DNA of 25,141 nucleotides from a virus (Duplodnaviria; Heunggongvirae; Uroviricota; Caudoviricetes): IMG/VR virus record IMGVR_UViG_2541047778_000011; one strand, 5' to 3'. Shown piece by piece: positions 17,013 to 25,141 of this stretch (position 1 is its first letter; each line of letters starts with the position of its first letter). The notes under the pieces were generated by a model. It saw only the letters and a program-made list of their open reading frames with translations, ran no database searches and was not told where the DNA came from. The position numbers and the translations under genes were made by a program.

Positions 17013-17387
17013 ATGGCAACGAAAGAGCAAAATCTGAAACGGCTTGATGAACTGGCCCTGATTCTGGGGCGTGAGCCGGATATATCCGGGAGTGCCGCAG
17101 AGATAGCGCAGCGGGTGGCAGAATGGGAAGAGGAAATGCAGTCATCCGGCGATGATGTACAGGTTATGAATATGGATATCCGGGAGCGGGAAACCGCGGC
17201 TCATGATGTTCGTGAGGAAACATCCGGCGCGTTAACGCGCATCAGAGTTCTGACCTGCCTCCATCTCTGTGGCGTTGATGGTGAAACGGGGGAATCCGTT
17301 GAGCTTGCGGATGTTGGTCGGGTGATTCTGATTATGTCCTCAGATGCAAAAACACACGTTGATGGTGGAATGGCTGTTTATGCGTGA
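17013..17387 (+). CDS. FI: DNA packaging protein gpFI
   Basis: 124-aa acidic product in the lambda FI position. Start follows the post-E hairpin. The ORF-track start at 16965 is a GTG inside the hairpin region. Confidence 0.75.
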   Translation: MATKEQNLKRLDELALILGREPDISGSAAEIAQRVAEWEEEMQSSGDDVQVMNMDIRERETAAHDVREETSGALTRIRVLTCLHLCGVDGETGESVELADVGRVILIMSSDAKTHVDGGMAVYA

Positions 17388-17733
17388 TTTTCAGAATGCC
17401 TTTGATGCCGCCCTTGCCGGGGTGGACAGTACGATTGTTGAAGTGATGGGCATCAGTGCGCAGTTCACCTCCGGTGCACAGCGTGGCGGCGAGGTTCATG
17501 GCGTTTTTGACGATCCGGAGTCGCTGGGTTTTGCCAGTAGTGGGATCCGTATTGAAGGAAGTAACCCGTCATTATTTGTGCTTACGGATACGGTTTGTGC
17601 TGTACGGCGTGGTGACACGCTGACCATTAACGGCGAGATGTTCTGGGTGGACCGTGTTTCTCCGGATGACGGAGGGAGTTGTTATCTCTGGCTCAACCGG
17701 GGGCAACCACCTGCCGCCAGCCGTCGCCGCTGA
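17380..17733 (+). CDS. FII: Head-tail connector gpFII
   Basis: 117-aa product MRDFQNAFDAALAGVDSTI...RGDTLTINGEMFWVDRVSPDDGGSCYLWLNRGQPPAASRRR, matching lambda gpFII. Start overlaps the FI 3' end. Confidence 0.9.
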   Translation: MRDFQNAFDAALAGVDSTIVEVMGISAQFTSGAQRGGEVHGVFDDPESLGFASSGIRIEGSNPSLFVLTDTVCAVRRGDTLTINGEMFWVDRVSPDDGGSCYLWLNRGQPPAASRRR

Positions 17734-17744
17734 AAGGGGGATGT

Positions 17745-18323
17745 ATGGCCATAAAAGGTCTTGAGCAGGCCGTTGAAAACCTCAGCCGTATCAGCAAAAC
17801 GGCAGTGCCTGGTGCCGCCGCAATGGCCATTAACCGCGTTGCTTCATCCGCGATATCGCAGTCGGCGTCACTGGTTGCCCGTGAGACAAAGGTACGCCGG
17901 AAACTGGTAAAGGAAAGGGCCAGGCTGAAAAGGGCCACGGTCAAAAATCCGCAGGCCAGAATCAAAGTTAACCGGGGGGATTTGCCCGTAATCAGGCTGG
18001 GTAACGCGCGGGTTGTCCTGTCCCGACGCAGGCGTCGTAAAAAGGGGCAGCGTTCATCCCTGAAAGGTGGCGGCAGCGTGCTTGTGGTGGGAAACCGTCG
18101 TATTCCCGGCGCGTTTATTCAGCAACTGAAAAATGGCCGGTGGCATGTCATGCAGCGTGTGGCCGGGAAAAACCGTTACCCCATTGATGTGGTGAAAATC
18201 CCGATGGCGGTGCCGCTGACCACGGCGTTTAAACAGAATATTGAGCGGATACGGCGTGAGCGTCTTCCGAAAGAGCTGGGCTATGCGCTGCAGCATCAAC
18301 TGAGAATGGTAATAAAGCGATGA
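17745..18323 (+). CDS. Z: Tail completion protein gpZ
   Basis: 192-aa product MAIKGLEQAVENLSRISKTAVPGAAAMAINRVASS..., near-identical to lambda gpZ as recalled. Confidence 0.92.
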   Translation: MAIKGLEQAVENLSRISKTAVPGAAAMAINRVASSAISQSASLVARETKVRRKLVKERARLKRATVKNPQARIKVNRGDLPVIRLGNARVVLSRRRRRKKGQRSSLKGGGSVLVVGNRRIPGAFIQQLKNGRWHVMQRVAGKNRYPIDVVKIPMAVPLTTAFKQNIERIRRERLPKELGYALQHQLRMVIKR

Positions 18324-18715
18324 AACATACTGAACTCCGTGCAGCCGTACTGGATGCACTGGAGAAGCATGACACCGGGGCGACGCTTTTTGATGGTCGC
18401 CCTGCTGTTTTTGATGAGGAAGATTTTCCGGCAATTGCCGTTTATCTCACCGGCGCTGAATACACGGGCGAAGAGCTGGACAGCGATACCTGGCAGGCGG
18501 AGCTGCATATTGAAGTTTTCCTGCCTGCTCAGGTGCCGGATTCAGAGCTGGATTCGTGGATGGAGTCCCGGATTTATCCGGTGATGAGCGATATCCCGGC
18601 ACTGTCAGATTTGATCACCAGTATGGTGGCCAGTGGCTATGACTACCGGCGCGACGATGATGCGGGCCTGTGGAGTTCAGCCGATCTGACTTATGTCATT
18701 ACCTATGAAATGTGA
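18320..18715 (+). CDS. U: Tail terminator protein gpU
   Basis: 131-aa product [52 protein letters not shown]..., near-identical to lambda gpU. ATGA overlap with Z. Confidence 0.93.
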   Translation: MKHTELRAAVLDALEKHDTGATLFDGRPAVFDEEDFPAIAVYLTGAEYTGEELDSDTWQAELHIEVFLPAQVPDSELDSWMESRIYPVMSDIPALSDLITSMVASGYDYRRDDDAGLWSSADLTYVITYEM

Positions 18716-18722
18716 GGACGAT

Positions 18723-19502
18723 ATGCCAACACCAAATCCTCTGGCACCGGTGAAAGGGGCCGGGACCACACTGTGGGTTTATAACGGGAGCGGCGACCCT
18801 TATGCAAACCCGCTTTCAGACAATGACTGGTCGCGTCTGGCAAAAATTAAAGACCTGACGCCCGGCGAACTGACCGCTGAGTCCTATGACGACAGTTATC
18901 TCGATGATGAAGATGCGGACTGGACCGCGACCGGGCAGGGGCAGAAATCCGCCGGAGATACCAGCTTCACGCTGGCGTGGATGCCCGGAGAGCAGGGGCA
19001 GCAGGCGCTGCTGGCGTGGATGCCCGGAGAGCAGGGGCAGCAGGCGCTGCTGGCGTGGTTTAATGAAGGTGATACCCGTGCCTATAAAATCCGCTTCCCG
19101 AACGGCACGGTCGATGTGTTCCGTGGCTGGGTCAGCAGTATCGGTAAGGCGGTGACGGCGAAGGAAGTGATCACCCGTACGGTGAAGGTCACCAATGTGG
19201 GCCGTCCGTCAATGGCAGAAGATCGCAGTACGGTGACGGCGGCAACCGGTATGACCGTGACGCCTGCCAGCTCCTCGGTGGTGAAAGGGCAGAGCACCAC
19301 GCTGACCGTGGCCTTCCAGCCGGAGGGCGCAACTGACAAGAGCTTCCGTGCGGTGTCAGCGGATAAAACAAAAGCCACCGTGTCGGTCAGTGGTATGACC
19401 ATCACCGTGAACGGCGTTGCTGCAGGCAAGGTCAACATTCCGGTTGTATCCGGTAATGGTGAACTTGCTGCGGTTGCAGAAATCACTGTCACCGACAGTT
19501 AA
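18723..19502 (+). CDS. V: Major tail tube protein gpV, carrying an in-frame 13-codon tandem duplication
   Basis: 259-aa product [33 protein letters not shown]..., near-identical to lambda gpV except for the duplicated segment [14 protein letters not shown]-terminal Ig-like domain present. Confidence 0.92.
   Translation: MPTPNPLAPVKGAGTTLWVYNGSGDPYANPLSDNDWSRLAKIKDLTPGELTAESYDDSYLDDEDADWTATGQGQKSAGDTSFTLAWMPGEQGQQALLAWMPGEQGQQALLAWFNEGDTRAYKIRFPNGTVDVFRGWVSSIGKAVTAKEVITRTVKVTNVGRPSMAEDRSTVTAATGMTVTPASSSVVKGQSTTLTVAFQPEGATDKSFRAVSADKTKATVSVSGMTITVNGVAAGKVNIPVVSGNGELAAVAEITVTDS
18972..19058 (+). repeat. Perfect 39-bp direct tandem duplication (2 copies plus a 9-bp third-copy stub) inside V
   Basis: CTGGCGTGGATGCCCGGAGAGCAGGGGCAGCAGGCGCTG occurs at 18972..19010 and again at 19011..19049, followed by CTGGCGTGG at 19050..19058. 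Confidence 0.95.
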
Positions 19503-19517
19503 TCCGGAGAGTCAGCG

Positions 19518-19940
19518 ATGTTCCTGAAAACCGAATCATTTGAACATAACGGCGTGACCGTCACGCTTTCTGAACTGTCAGCCCTGCAGCGTATTGAGCA
19601 TCTCGCCCTGATGAAACAGCAGGCAGAACAGGCGGAGTCAGACAGCAACCGGCAGGTTACTGTGGAAGACGCCATCAGAACCGGTGCTTTTGTGGTGGCG
19701 ATGTCCCTGTGGCATAACCATCCGCAGAAGACAAAGCAGCCTTCCATGAATGAAGCCGTTAAACAGATTGAGCAGGAAGTGCTTACCACCTGGCCCGCGG
19801 AGGCAATTTCTCATGCTGAAAACGTGGTGTACCGGCTGTCCGGTATGTATGGGTTTGTGGTGAATGATGCCCCTGACCAGGCAGAGGACTCCGGGCCTGC
19901 AGAGCCTGTTTCTGCGGGAAAGTGTTCGACGGTGAGCTGA
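19518..19940 (+). CDS. G: Tail assembly chaperone gpG
   Basis: 140-aa product MFLKTESFEHNGVTVTLSELSALQRIEHLALMKQQAEQ..., near-identical to lambda gpG. GGAGAG ribosome-binding site. Confidence 0.92.
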   Translation: MFLKTESFEHNGVTVTLSELSALQRIEHLALMKQQAEQAESDSNRQVTVEDAIRTGAFVVAMSLWHNHPQKTKQPSMNEAVKQIEQEVLTTWPAEAISHAENVVYRLSGMYGFVVNDAPDQAEDSGPAEPVSAGKCSTVS

Positions 19941-20356
19941 GTTTTGCCCTGAAACTGGCGCGAGAGATGGGGCGACCTGACTGGCGCGCCATGCTTGCCG
20001 GGATGTCATCCACGGAGTATGCCGACTGGCACCGCTTTTACAGTACCCATTATTTTCATGATGTTCTGCTGGATATGCACTTTTCCGGGCTGACGTACAC
20101 TGTGCTCAGCCTGTTTTTCAGCGATCCGGATATGCATCCGCTGGATTTCAGTTTGCTGAACCGGCGTGAGGATGACGAAGAGCCTGAAGATGATGTGCTG
20201 ATGCAGAAAGCGGCAGGGCTTACCGGAGGCGTCCGCTTTGACCCGGACGGAAATGAAGTTATCCCCGCTTCCCCGGATATGGCGGGCATGACGGAGGATG
20301 ACGTAATGCTGATGACAGTATCAGAAGGGATCGCAGGAGGAGTCCGGTATGGCTGA
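19518..20356 (+). CDS. T: gpG-T tail assembly chaperone fusion produced by programmed -1 ribosomal frameshift at G_GGA_AAG (19916..19922)
   Basis: Slippery heptamer GGGAAAG in the G zero frame near its 3' end. The -1 frame continues as VFDGELSFALKLAREMGRPDWRAMLAG... to the stop at 20354..20356, matching the lambda G-T arrangement. Confidence 0.85.
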
Positions 20357-22910
20357 ACCGGTAGGCGATCTGGTCGTTGATTTAAGTCTGGATGCGGCCA
20401 GATTTGACGAGCAGATGGCCAGAGTCAGGCGTCATTTTTCCGGTACGGAAAGTGATGCGAAAAAAACAGCGGCAGTCGTTGAACAGTCGCTGAGCCGACA
20501 GGCGCTGGCTGCACAGAAAGCGGGGATTTCCGTCGGGCAGTATAAAGCCGCCATGCGTATGCTGCCTGCACAGTTCACCGACGTGGCCACGCAGCTTGCA
20601 GGCGGGCAAAGCCCGTGGCTGATCCTGCTGCAACAGGGTGGTCAGGTTAAGGACTCCTTCGGCGGGATGATCCCCATGTTCCGGGGGCTTGCCGGTGCGA
20701 TCACCCTGCCGATGGTCGGGGCCACCTCGCTGGCGGTGGCGACCGGTGCGCTGGCGTATGCCTGGTATCAGGGTAACTCAACCCTGTCCGATTTCAACAA
20801 AACGCTGGTCCTTTCCGGCAATCAGTCGGGTCTGACGGCAGATCGTATGCTGGTCCTGTCCAGAGCCGGGCAGGCGGCAGGGCTGACGTTTAACCAGACC
20901 AGCGAGTCACTCAGCGCACTGGTTAAGGCGGGAGTAAGCGGTGAGGCTCAGATTGCATCCATCAGCCAGAGTGTGGCGCGTTTCTCCTCTGCATCCGGCG
21001 TGGAGGTGGACAAGGTCGCTGAAGCCTTCGGGAAGCTGACCACTGACCCGACGTCGGGGCTGACGGCGATGGCGCGCCAGTTCCATAACGTAACGGCGGA
21101 GCAGATTGCGTATGTTGCTCAGTTGCAGCGTTCCGGCGATGAAACCGGGGCATTGCAGGCGGCGAACGAGGCCGCAACGAAAGGGTTTGATGACCAGACC
21201 CGACGCCTGAAAGAGAACATGGGCACGCTGGAAACCTGGGCAGACAGGACAGCACGGGCATTCAAATCCATGTGGGATGCGGTGCTGGATATTGGTCGTC
21301 CTGATACCGCTCAGGAGATGCTGATTAAGGCAGAGGCTGCGTTTAAGAAAGCGGACGACATCTGGAATCTGCGCAAGGATGATTATTTTGTTAACGATGA
21401 AGCGCGGGCGCGTTACTGGGATGATCGTGAAAAGGCCCGTCTTGCGCTTGAAGCCGCCCGAAAGAAGGCTGAGCAGCAGACTCAACAGGACAAAAATGCG
21501 CAGCAGCAGAGCGATACCGAAGCGTCACGGCTGAAATATACCGAAGAGGCGCAGAAGGCTTACGAACGGCTGCAGACGCCGCTGGAGAAATATACCGCCC
21601 GTCAGGAAGAACTGAACAAGGCACTGAAAGACGGGAAAATCCTGCAGGCGGATTACAACACGCTGATGGCGGCGGCGAAAAAGGATTATGAAGCGACGCT
21701 GAAAAAGCCGAAACAGTCCGGCGTGAAGGTGTCTGCGGGCGATCGTCAGGAAGACAGTGCTCATGCTGCTCTGCTGACGCTTCAGGCAGAACTCCGGACG
21801 CTGGAGAAGCATGCCGGAGCAAATGAGAAAATCAGCCAGCAGCGCCGGGATTTGTGGAAGGCGGAGAGTCAGTTCGCGGTACTGGAGGAGGCGGCGCAAC
21901 GTCGCCAGCTGTCTGCACAGGAGAAATCCCTGCTGGCGCATAAAGATGAGACGCTGGAGTACAAACGCCAGCTGGCTGCGCTTGGCGACAAGGTTACGTA
22001 TCAGGAGCGCCTGAACGCGCTGGCGCAGCAGGCGGATAAATTCGCACAGCAGCAACGGGCAAAACGGGCCGCCATTGATGCGAAAAGCCGGGGGCTGACT
22101 GACCGGCAGGCAGAACGGGAAGCCACGGAACAGCGCCTGAAGGAACAGTATGGCGATAATCCGCTGGCGCTGAATAACGTCATGTCAGAGCAGAAAAAGA
22201 CGTGGGCGGCTGAAGACCAGCTTCGCGGGAACTGGATGGCAGGCCTGAAGTCCGGCTGGAGTGAGTGGGAAGAGAGCGCCACGGACAGTATGTCGCAGGT
22301 AAAAAGTGCAGCCACGCAGACCTTTGATGGTATTGCGCAGAATATGGCGGCGATGCTGACCGGCAGTGAACAGAACTGGCGCAGCTTCACCCGTTCCGTG
22401 CTGTCCATGATGACAGAAATTCTGCTTAAGCAGGCAATGGTGGGGATTGTCGGGAGTATCGGCAGCGCTATTGGCGGGGCTGTTGGTGGCGGCGCATCCG
22501 CGTCAGGCGGTACAGCCATTCAGGCCGCTGCGGCGAAACTCCATTTTGCAACCGGAGGATTTACGGGAACCGGCGGCAAATATGAGCCAGCGGGGATTGT
22601 TCACCGAGGTGAATTTGTCTTCACGAAGGAGGCAACCAGCCGGATTGGCGTGGGAAATCTCTACCGGCTGATGCGCGGCTATGCCACCGGCGGTTATGTC
22701 GGTGGCACCGGAAGTCCGGCGCAAATGCGGCGTTCAGAGGGTATCAGGTTTGAGCAGAACAACAACGTGGTGATTCAGAACGACGGTACGAATGGTCTGC
22801 CAGGTCCACAGATTATGAAGGCGGTGTATGACATGGCCCGCAAGGGTGCCCGTGATGAAATCCAGGCACAGATGCGCGATGGTGGTCTGTTCTCCGGAGG
22901 TGGACGATGA
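20349..22910 (+). CDS. H: Tail tape measure protein gpH
   Basis: 853-aa product MAEPVGDLVVDLSLDAARFDEQMARVRRHF..., with a coiled-coil-rich centre and Gly-rich C-terminal region. Very similar to lambda gpH, and the same length. Confidence 0.93.
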   Translation: MAEPVGDLVVDLSLDAARFDEQMARVRRHFSGTESDAKKTAAVVEQSLSRQALAAQKAGISVGQYKAAMRMLPAQFTDVATQLAGGQSPWLILLQQGGQVKDSFGGMIPMFRGLAGAITLPMVGATSLAVATGALAYAWYQGNSTLSDFNKTLVLSGNQSGLTADRMLVLSRAGQAAGLTFNQTSESLSALVKAGVSGEAQIASISQSVARFSSASGVEVDKVAEAFGKLTTDPTSGLTAMARQFHNVTAEQIAYVAQLQRSGDETGALQAANEAATKGFDDQTRRLKENMGTLETWADRTARAFKSMWDAVLDIGRPDTAQEMLIKAEAAFKKADDIWNLRKDDYFVNDEARARYWDDREKARLALEAARKKAEQQTQQDKNAQQQSDTEASRLKYTEEAQKAYERLQTPLEKYTARQEELNKALKDGKILQADYNTLMAAAKKDYEATLKKPKQSGVKVSAGDRQEDSAHAALLTLQAELRTLEKHAGANEKISQQRRDLWKAESQFAVLEEAAQRRQLSAQEKSLLAHKDETLEYKRQLAALGDKVTYQERLNALAQQADKFAQQQRAKRAAIDAKSRGLTDRQAEREATEQRLKEQYGDNPLALNNVMSEQKKTWAAEDQLRGNWMAGLKSGWSEWEESATDSMSQVKSAATQTFDGIAQNMAAMLTGSEQNWRSFTRSVLSMMTEILLKQAMVGIVGSIGSAIGGAVGGGASASGGTAIQAAAAKLHFATGGFTGTGGKYEPAGIVHRGEFVFTKEATSRIGVGNLYRLMRGYATGGYVGGTGSPAQMRRSEGIRFEQNNNVVIQNDGTNGLPGPQIMKAVYDMARKGARDEIQAQMRDGGLFSGGGR

Positions 22911-23236
22911 AAACCTTCCGCTGGAAAGTGAAACCCGGGATGGATGTGACATCGGCTCCTTCCGTCAGGGAGGTGCGCTTTGGTGATGGCTATTCCCAGC
23001 GTGCGCCTGCCGGGCTGAACGCTGACCTGAAAACGTACAGCGTGACGCTGTCTGTCTCCCGTGAGGAGGCCACGGCGCTGGAGTCGTTTCTGGCTGAGCA
23101 CGGGGGCTGGAAGGCCTTTCTGTGGACGCCGCCTTATGGTTACAGGCAGATAAAGGTGACCTGCGCAAAATGGTCGTCGCGGGTCAGTATGCTGCGTGTT
23201 GAGTTCAGCGCAGAGTTTGAACAGGTGGTGAACTGA
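22907..23236 (+). CDS. M: Minor tail protein gpM
   Basis: 109-aa product MKTFRWKVKPGMDVTSAPSVREVRFGDGYSQRAPAGLN..., matching lambda gpM. ATGA overlap with H. Confidence 0.9.
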   Translation: MKTFRWKVKPGMDVTSAPSVREVRFGDGYSQRAPAGLNADLKTYSVTLSVSREEATALESFLAEHGGWKAFLWTPPYGYRQIKVTCAKWSSRVSMLRVEFSAEFEQVVN

Positions 23237-23934
23237 TGCAGGATATCCGGCAGGAAACATTGAATGAATGCACCCGTGCGGAGCAGTCGGCCAGCGTGGT
23301 GCTCTGGGAAATCGATCTGACAGAGGTCGGTGGAGAACGTTATTTTTTCTGTAATGAGCAGAACGAAAAAGGTGAGCCGGTCACCTGGCAGGGGCGACAG
23401 TATCAGCCGTATCCCATTCAGGGGAGTAGTTTTGAACTGAATGGCAAAGGCACCAGTACGCGCCCCACGCTGACGGTTTCTAACCTGTACGGTATGGTCA
23501 CCGGGATGGTGGAAGATCTGCAGAGTCTGGTCGGCGGAACGGTGGTCAGGCGTAAGGTTTACGCCCGTTTTCTGGATGCGGTGAACTTCGTCAACGGAAA
23601 CAGCGACGCCGATCCGGAGCAGGAGGTGATCAGCCGCTGGCGCATCGAGCAGTGCAGCGAACTGAGTGCGGTCAGTGCCTCCTTTGTACTGTCCACACCG
23701 ACGGAAACGGATGGTGCCGTTTTTCCGGGGCGCATCATGCTGGCTAATACCTGCACCTGGACCTATCGCGGTGATGAGTGCGGTTATCACGGTCCGGCGG
23801 TCGCGGATGAATATGATCAGCCGACTTCCGATATCACGAAGGATAAATGCAGCAAATGCCTGAGCGGCTGTAAGTTTCGCAATAACGTCGGCAACTTTGG
23901 CGGCTTCCTTTCCATTAACAAACTTTCGCAGTAA
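23236..23934 (+). CDS. L: Minor tail protein gpL
   Basis: 232-aa product with a C-terminal Cys cluster (CTWTYRGDECGY...CSKCLSGC) as in lambda gpL. Start overlaps the M stop. Confidence 0.9.
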   Translation: MQDIRQETLNECTRAEQSASVVLWEIDLTEVGGERYFFCNEQNEKGEPVTWQGRQYQPYPIQGSSFELNGKGTSTRPTLTVSNLYGMVTGMVEDLQSLVGGTVVRRKVYARFLDAVNFVNGNSDADPEQEVISRWRIEQCSELSAVSASFVLSTPTETDGAVFPGRIMLANTCTWTYRGDECGYHGPAVADEYDQPTSDITKDKCSKCLSGCKFRNNVGNFGGFLSINKLSQ

Positions 23935-23939
23935 ATCCC

Positions 23940-24683
23940 ATGACAGAGACAGAATCAGCGATTCTGGCGCATGCCCGGCGATGTGCGCCAGCGGAGTCGT
24001 GCGGCTTCGTGGTGAGAGCGCCGGAGGGGGAAAGATATTTTCCCTGCGTGAATATCTCCGGTGAGCCGGAGGCGTATTTCCGGATGGCTCCGGAGGACTG
24101 GCTGCAGGCAGAGATGCAGGGTGAGATTGTGGCGCTGGTCCACAGTCATCCCGGTGGTCTGCCCTGGCTGAGTGAGGCCGACCGGCGGCTGCAGGTGCAG
24201 AGTGATTTGCCGTGGTGGCTGGTCTGCCGGGGGGCGATTCATAAGTTCCGCTGTGTGCCGCATCTCACCGGGCGGCGCTTTGAGCACGGGGTGACGGACT
24301 GTTACACGCTGTTCCGGGACGCTTACCATCTGGCGGGGATTGAGATGCCGGACTTTCATCGTGAGGATGACTGGTGGCGTAACGGCCAGAATCTCTATCT
24401 TGATAATCTGGAGGCCACAGGGCTGTATCAGGTGCCGTTGTCAGCGGCGCAGCCGGGCGATGTGCTGCTGTGCTGCTTTGGTTCATCGGTGCCGAATCAT
24501 GCCGCTATTTACTGTGGTGACGGCGAGCTGCTGCACCATATTCCTGAACAACTGAGTAAACGAGAGAGGTATACCGACAAATGGCAGCGACGCACACACT
24601 CCCTCTGGCGTCACCGGGCATGGCGCGCATCTGCCTTTACGGGGATTTACAACGATTTGGCCGCCGCATCGACCTTCGTGTGA
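23940..24683 (+). CDS. K: Tail assembly protein gpK (JAB/MPN plus NlpC/P60-like domains)
   Basis: 247-aa product MTETESAILAHARRCAPAESCGFVV... with an HSHP JAMM-like motif (LVHSHPGG) and a downstream Cys/His peptidase-like region, as in lambda gpK. Confidence 0.9.
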   Translation: MTETESAILAHARRCAPAESCGFVVRAPEGERYFPCVNISGEPEAYFRMAPEDWLQAEMQGEIVALVHSHPGGLPWLSEADRRLQVQSDLPWWLVCRGAIHKFRCVPHLTGRRFEHGVTDCYTLFRDAYHLAGIEMPDFHREDDWWRNGQNLYLDNLEATGLYQVPLSAAQPGDVLLCCFGSSVPNHAAIYCGDGELLHHIPEQLSKRERYTDKWQRRTHSLWRHRAWRASAFTGIYNDLAAASTFV

Positions 24684-25141
24684 AAACGGGGGCTGAAGCC
24701 ATCCGCGCACTGGCCACACAGCTCCCGGTGTTTCGTCAGAAACTGAGCGACGGCTGGTATCAGGTACGGATTGCCGGGCGGGACGTCAGCACGTCCGGGT
24801 TAACGGCGCAGTTACATGAGACTCTGCCTGATGGCGCTGTGATTCATATTGTTCCCAGAGTCGCCGGGGCCAAGTCAGGTGGCGTATTCCAGATTGTCCT
24901 GGGGGCTGCCGCCATTGCCGGATCATTCTTTACCGCCGGAGCCACCCTTGCAGCATGGGGGGCAGCCATTGGGGCCGGTGGTATGACCGGCATCCTGTTT
25001 TCTCTCGGTGCCAGTATGGTGCTCGGTGGTGTGGCGCAGATGCTGGCACCGAAAGCCAGAACTCCCCGTACACAGACAACGGATAACGGCAAACAGAACA
25101 CCTATTTCTCCTCACTGGATAACATGGTTGCCCAGGGCAAT
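24581..25141 (+). CDS. I: Tail assembly protein gpI, 3'-partial (runs off the window end)
   Basis: ATG at 24581 inside the 3' end of K in another frame (about 100-nt overlap as in lambda). Translation MAATHTLPLASPGMARICLYGDLQRFGRRIDLRVKTGAEAIRALATQLP... No stop before 25141. Confidence 0.85.
   Translation, partial: MAATHTLPLASPGMARICLYGDLQRFGRRIDLRVKTGAEAIRALATQLPVFRQKLSDGWYQVRIAGRDVSTSGLTAQLHETLPDGAVIHIVPRVAGAKSGGVFQIVLGAAAIAGSFFTAGATLAAWGAAIGAGGMTGILFSLGASMVLGGVAQMLAPKARTPRTQTTDNGKQNTYFSSLDNMVAQGN

Noticed and set aside
20907-23790. Several 100 to 216-aa minus-strand and alternate-frame ORFs across H, M and L
   Set aside because: All lie antisense to or out of frame with tail genes that match lambda over their full length. 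Products are Arg/Pro/Cys-rich and low in complexity.
1-25141. CRISPR array, Stx or other toxin genes, or a known multi-gene defence system
   Set aside because: There are no regularly spaced direct repeats, and every large ORF is accounted for by IS, nin, lysis, moron or morphogenesis functions. The only tandem repeat is the 39-bp duplication inside V.

Overview
This window is most of a lambdoid prophage (lambda / phage 21 / DLP12-like, Escherichia-type), read left to right on the + strand: a 5'-truncated integrase (-), a complete 1310-bp IS629-like IS3-family element, a 5'-truncated ninB, then a nin region (Dam-like methylase, ninE, a hypothetical protein, a ninF/ybcO remnant, rusA, ylcG-like ORF, Q antiterminator). 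An intact OmpC-family porin lies on the opposite strand between Q and the lysis cassette (S21-type pinholin, SAR endolysin, Rz with embedded Rz1). Next come bor (-), a TonB-C-like lipoprotein, two small uncharacterised minus-strand ORFs, and a lambda-identical cosN with cosB. The rest is a complete lambda-order morphogenesis operon: nu1, A, W, B, C/Nu3, D, E, FI, FII, Z, U, V, G/G-T, H, M, L, K and the start of I, which runs off the window. The IS element replaces everything between int and ninB (xis, recombination, immunity, replication genes), so the prophage looks defective. I found no tRNA, rRNA or CRISPR array. The window holds no clearly novel multi-gene system; the best candidates for undescribed function are the envelope/moron cassette between Rz and cos and the structured intergenic DNA upstream of bor. 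All identifications rest on reading the translations and recalling protein families; no database search was run and I am not certain of the exact source strain or prophage.
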